In this document: positions 61,468 to 64,000 of the stretch, piece by piece
Numbering within the stretch: position 1 is the stretch's first letter
Layout: each line of letters starts with the position of its first letter
NCBI GenBank assembly: GCA_010909165.1
Contig: VJWM01000025.1
Span: forward strand, 1,178,001-1,242,000
Source: Anthoceros angustus
Lineage: Eukaryota > Plantae > Anthocerotophyta
Reading direction: 5' to 3'
Length of the DNA stretch: 64,000 nucleotides
The notes under the pieces: generated by a model
The model's database searches: none
What the model was told of the DNA's origin: nothing
Seen by the model: only the letters and a program-made list of their open reading frames with translations
Position numbers and translations under genes: made by a program

Positions 61468-61608
61468 CGGATGCACCTACCTCCGCCACTGAGGACCAAC
61501 ATTGAAGCATGCCAGGTGGGTGGCTACCGCATTCCTGCTGGAACCACCGCCTTTGTCGATCTCTGGAGCGTTGGTCGAGCAGCCGAGGTGTGGGACAGCC
61601 CGCTCCAG
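61468..61608 (+). pseudogene. Cytochrome P450 fragment (post-K-helix region)
   Basis: RMHLPPPLRTNIEACQVGGYRIPAGTTAFVDLWSVGRAAEVWDSPL matches the plant P450 consensus RLHPP.PL..R...E.C.V.GY.IPAGT..FVN.W.IGR.P..W..P. The PERF and heme motifs are decayed. Confidence 0.8.
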
Positions 61609-62489
61609 TGCTGGAAGACGGATATGTCCGGAAAAAACCTGGCTCAGTAAATCCACTCTTCAGGCCTACAGGCAATCAGGGTAGCGCAGCGGAAGCGTGG
61701 TGGGCCCAGGACCAATAGGTCAGAGCCACTCTGCTACTGTCTGTGCAGCAACCGAGCCTCCCTCCCCATCCCCACCAGTTTTCTCCGTCTTCCGCGTTTC
61801 TTCCCTGCTGTTCCCAATTCCTGCATTTCTTCTGGAGTCTGAACACCAGGTGCCAAGCAAGTCTCGTCAAAATGATGATATCTGCAGTGTTGCGCAAGCT
61901 CGGAAGATACTTGAAGACGTGTTGCTGACGTAGTCTGTGTTTGTAACAGGTCTTTAAGACCTATCAACAGTGTGGGGCAATATCCCAAGCTAACCACCCT
62001 ACGGAGGGAAATTTGCTACTATCTGCTATGGCTGAAGATGGGTCATATGGGTTCCTACGATATGCGGATTGGATGGTACAAACATTCAGGCAAGTCATGC
62101 AACAGGCTCCATGAGTAGCAAGGGATTCGCAGGGTGATGTTGTTGGAGGGATCGCACCCTGAAAGGGCAGTTCGTAATAACCTCACACATCCAAGCACGT
62201 CAATGGGAGGATTGCATTTTTTCAAGGCAACGCATCTCCGGAGCTGTCATTGCTAGTTTGAACCTGGCAGGCTGAGGGTGATGCCCTCGGTGTAAACCGC
62301 TAAACTTTCTCACAAATGCAGCTGTGCACAAGTCCATGTGATCCCTACGTTGCTTGATGTAAACCTTTGGGTGCTACCGATCTGTGCAAGTGACGAGATT
62401 GCAATAGTCACTTGCACAGATTGGAGCTGTAACTTAAAAGTGACAATGACGAGATTGTCTGACAAGCCTTGGGTGGAGGTCGGCTGCTG

Positions 62490-62800
62490 CTTTGGGCCCA
62501 GGGGTGGCTTTGGTAGTAAAAGCGGTGTAGAATGTGACGCAAGACCGAACGTCACCTGCCTTTACTGCAACTCTCGGAGAACCAATTAGCAGACTTTTTT
62601 GTGTGATCTTTACCACCGGCGCAAAAGAAATCCCCTGCCAGAAGTTTGTCCTAACAAAGACGGCCTTTTCCTCTCGTCCACAAGAAGAAGAAGAATTATT
62701 CTATTTAAGTCCACTAAGGACGGATTTCCGTCATGGGACTTGGTACTTAACAACTTGTACCATGGTGTGCCTAAGCTACTTGCACCAAGGGCATCCACAA
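62490..62800 (+). pseudogene. Possible cytochrome P450 N-terminal fragment
   Basis: GPRG (62494), LG....FCVIFTT.AKEI..K....AFSSRPQ....LFY. Weak match to the B/B'-helix region. Confidence 0.4.
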
Positions 62801-63021
62801 GCAAGGATATTATTGCCCACCACAATACGAATTTAGAATAGAGGAACAGTCTAACTTGTAACTAGCTTCGTAACTATGTCAACTAGTCCCACCAGCAATT
62901 CTCAATTTGTTAGCCTAAGATTTATCGGGTTGAGAACCTGAATGCATCATTGGAGAATAGATGGGTTGGGTCCGATCACGCTTGCAATCTCTTTGTGACA
63001 ACCTGTATGTTGCGGCAACAT

Positions 63022-63175
63022 TAGCCACAATGAAGTAGGGCTTAATCATGAAATTGAAGCAACGTTAGTCACAATGAAGTAGGACTTCATCACGGATTTG
63101 AAGCAACGTTAACTGCAATGAAATAGGACTTCATCATGGATTTGAAGCAACTTAGCCGCAATAAGTACTTAGACT
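63022..63175 (+). repeat. 44-bp minisatellite, ~3.5 copies
   Basis: agccacaatgaagtaggacttcatcatggatttgaagcaacgtt-type units. Confidence 0.85.
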
Positions 63176-63341
63176 TGATCACATTTGTCGGGCTTCAGGC
63201 CTTTGCACAAGAGCCAGTGAGTTTGTGGAGAGCTAGCAATCCTTCGGCCCATAACTTGAGGCAAAAAGCGCGAATAGAGGGTCATTTGTTTTACTAGAGG
63301 GCCGAGGAGATGGTATTCAATTTGTAAATTAGTTTACTCAG

Positions 63342-63454
63342 CATGGGCTAAGTGTCCATAGTGTGCTTGCATGGGCTAAGTGTCCTTGGTGTGCCTGCAT
63401 GGGCTAAGTGTCCTTGGTGTGCTTGCCTGGGCTTAGTGTCCATGGTGTGCTTGC
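63342..63454 (+). repeat. 28-bp minisatellite, four copies
   Basis: gcatgggctaagtgtccttggtgtgctt x4. Confidence 0.9.
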
Positions 63455-64000
63455 TAAGGTAAGCAAAAAGTTGTCAAAGGGTTGACATTATGTTTGAAGC
63501 TATGTTGGAACTTTAATGCAAGTGTGCATATTAGTGAAGGAGTGAGGACTAATGAAAGAAATCAACTTGGAGAAACAACAAGGTCTTCTTTTTTATTTAA
63601 TTTGGGAATTGCAAATAAATAAATTTTTACCATGGGAGAAAACTTGTATTGTGACTTCCCTTACCATCGCATCCGTAAAAACTAGGCCTAGTTAACGGGG
63701 CCCGTGCGCTCAATGACCCTTGTTTCTGGAACGAATTAAAGGTATTTAAATGTAAGAGAAAATTTTTTCTTAATTATATTTTTCTATATTTATATTATAA
63801 TAGTAAGTAAAATCTAGAACAGCAAGGTGATTCATCCTTTGTTGCACGTGATGTTAGTGGTGGTATGGATATTACAATTGTTCAAAACAACCCCCGGAGC
63901 AAATCGATACTTGACATTAGGAGACCCACATCATCTGGGCGTAGGTGCTCGGTCAATTGAAAACCTTTTTAATCATGCGCTGCCAAGAGTCGATGGAGCT

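Noticed and set aside
1-64000. tRNA, rRNA or other structured RNA genes
   Set aside because: None recognised. The only tRNA-related sequences are PBS complements.

Overview
Eukaryotic, plant-type DNA, most likely a non-seed land plant (inference from TTTAGGG repeats, LRR-RLK and P450 remnants, short GT-AG introns). Bases 1-47,950 are a stack of nested transposons. (i) A complete Athila-like Ty3/gypsy element on the minus strand (1116-15107, TSD GTAAG) has 3.6-4.0 kb LTRs that each carry a long charged-protein ORF. It sits inside the LTR of another retroelement. (ii) A plus-strand Ty3/gypsy element (~15130-36700) carries a DNMT3-like C5-cytosine methyltransferase domain between protease and reverse transcriptase, a PHD finger fused to the end of its integrase, and an unknown ~280-aa ORF downstream. 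This is the most interesting system in the window. (iii) A Ty1/copia element (24791-34805) splits that integrase and has extra ORFs upstream of gag and antisense in its 3' region. (iv) A GC-rich, tandemly expanded coiled-coil ORF region and a truncated Sola2-like DDE transposase follow. A perfect (TTTAGGG)27 array at 47965-48153 cuts an ORF. To its right are decayed RING and PHD remnants, a solo-LTR-like sequence, one intact 3-exon PLAC8/CNR-family gene (57352-58432), and scrambled LRR-RLK and P450 pseudogene pieces. The repeat-rich half is full of 1-bp indels and 0.2-2 kb tandem duplications while the host gene is clean. Many frameshifts and duplications may therefore be long-read consensus or assembly artefacts, so TE domains were read across frames by eye and their coordinates are approximate.
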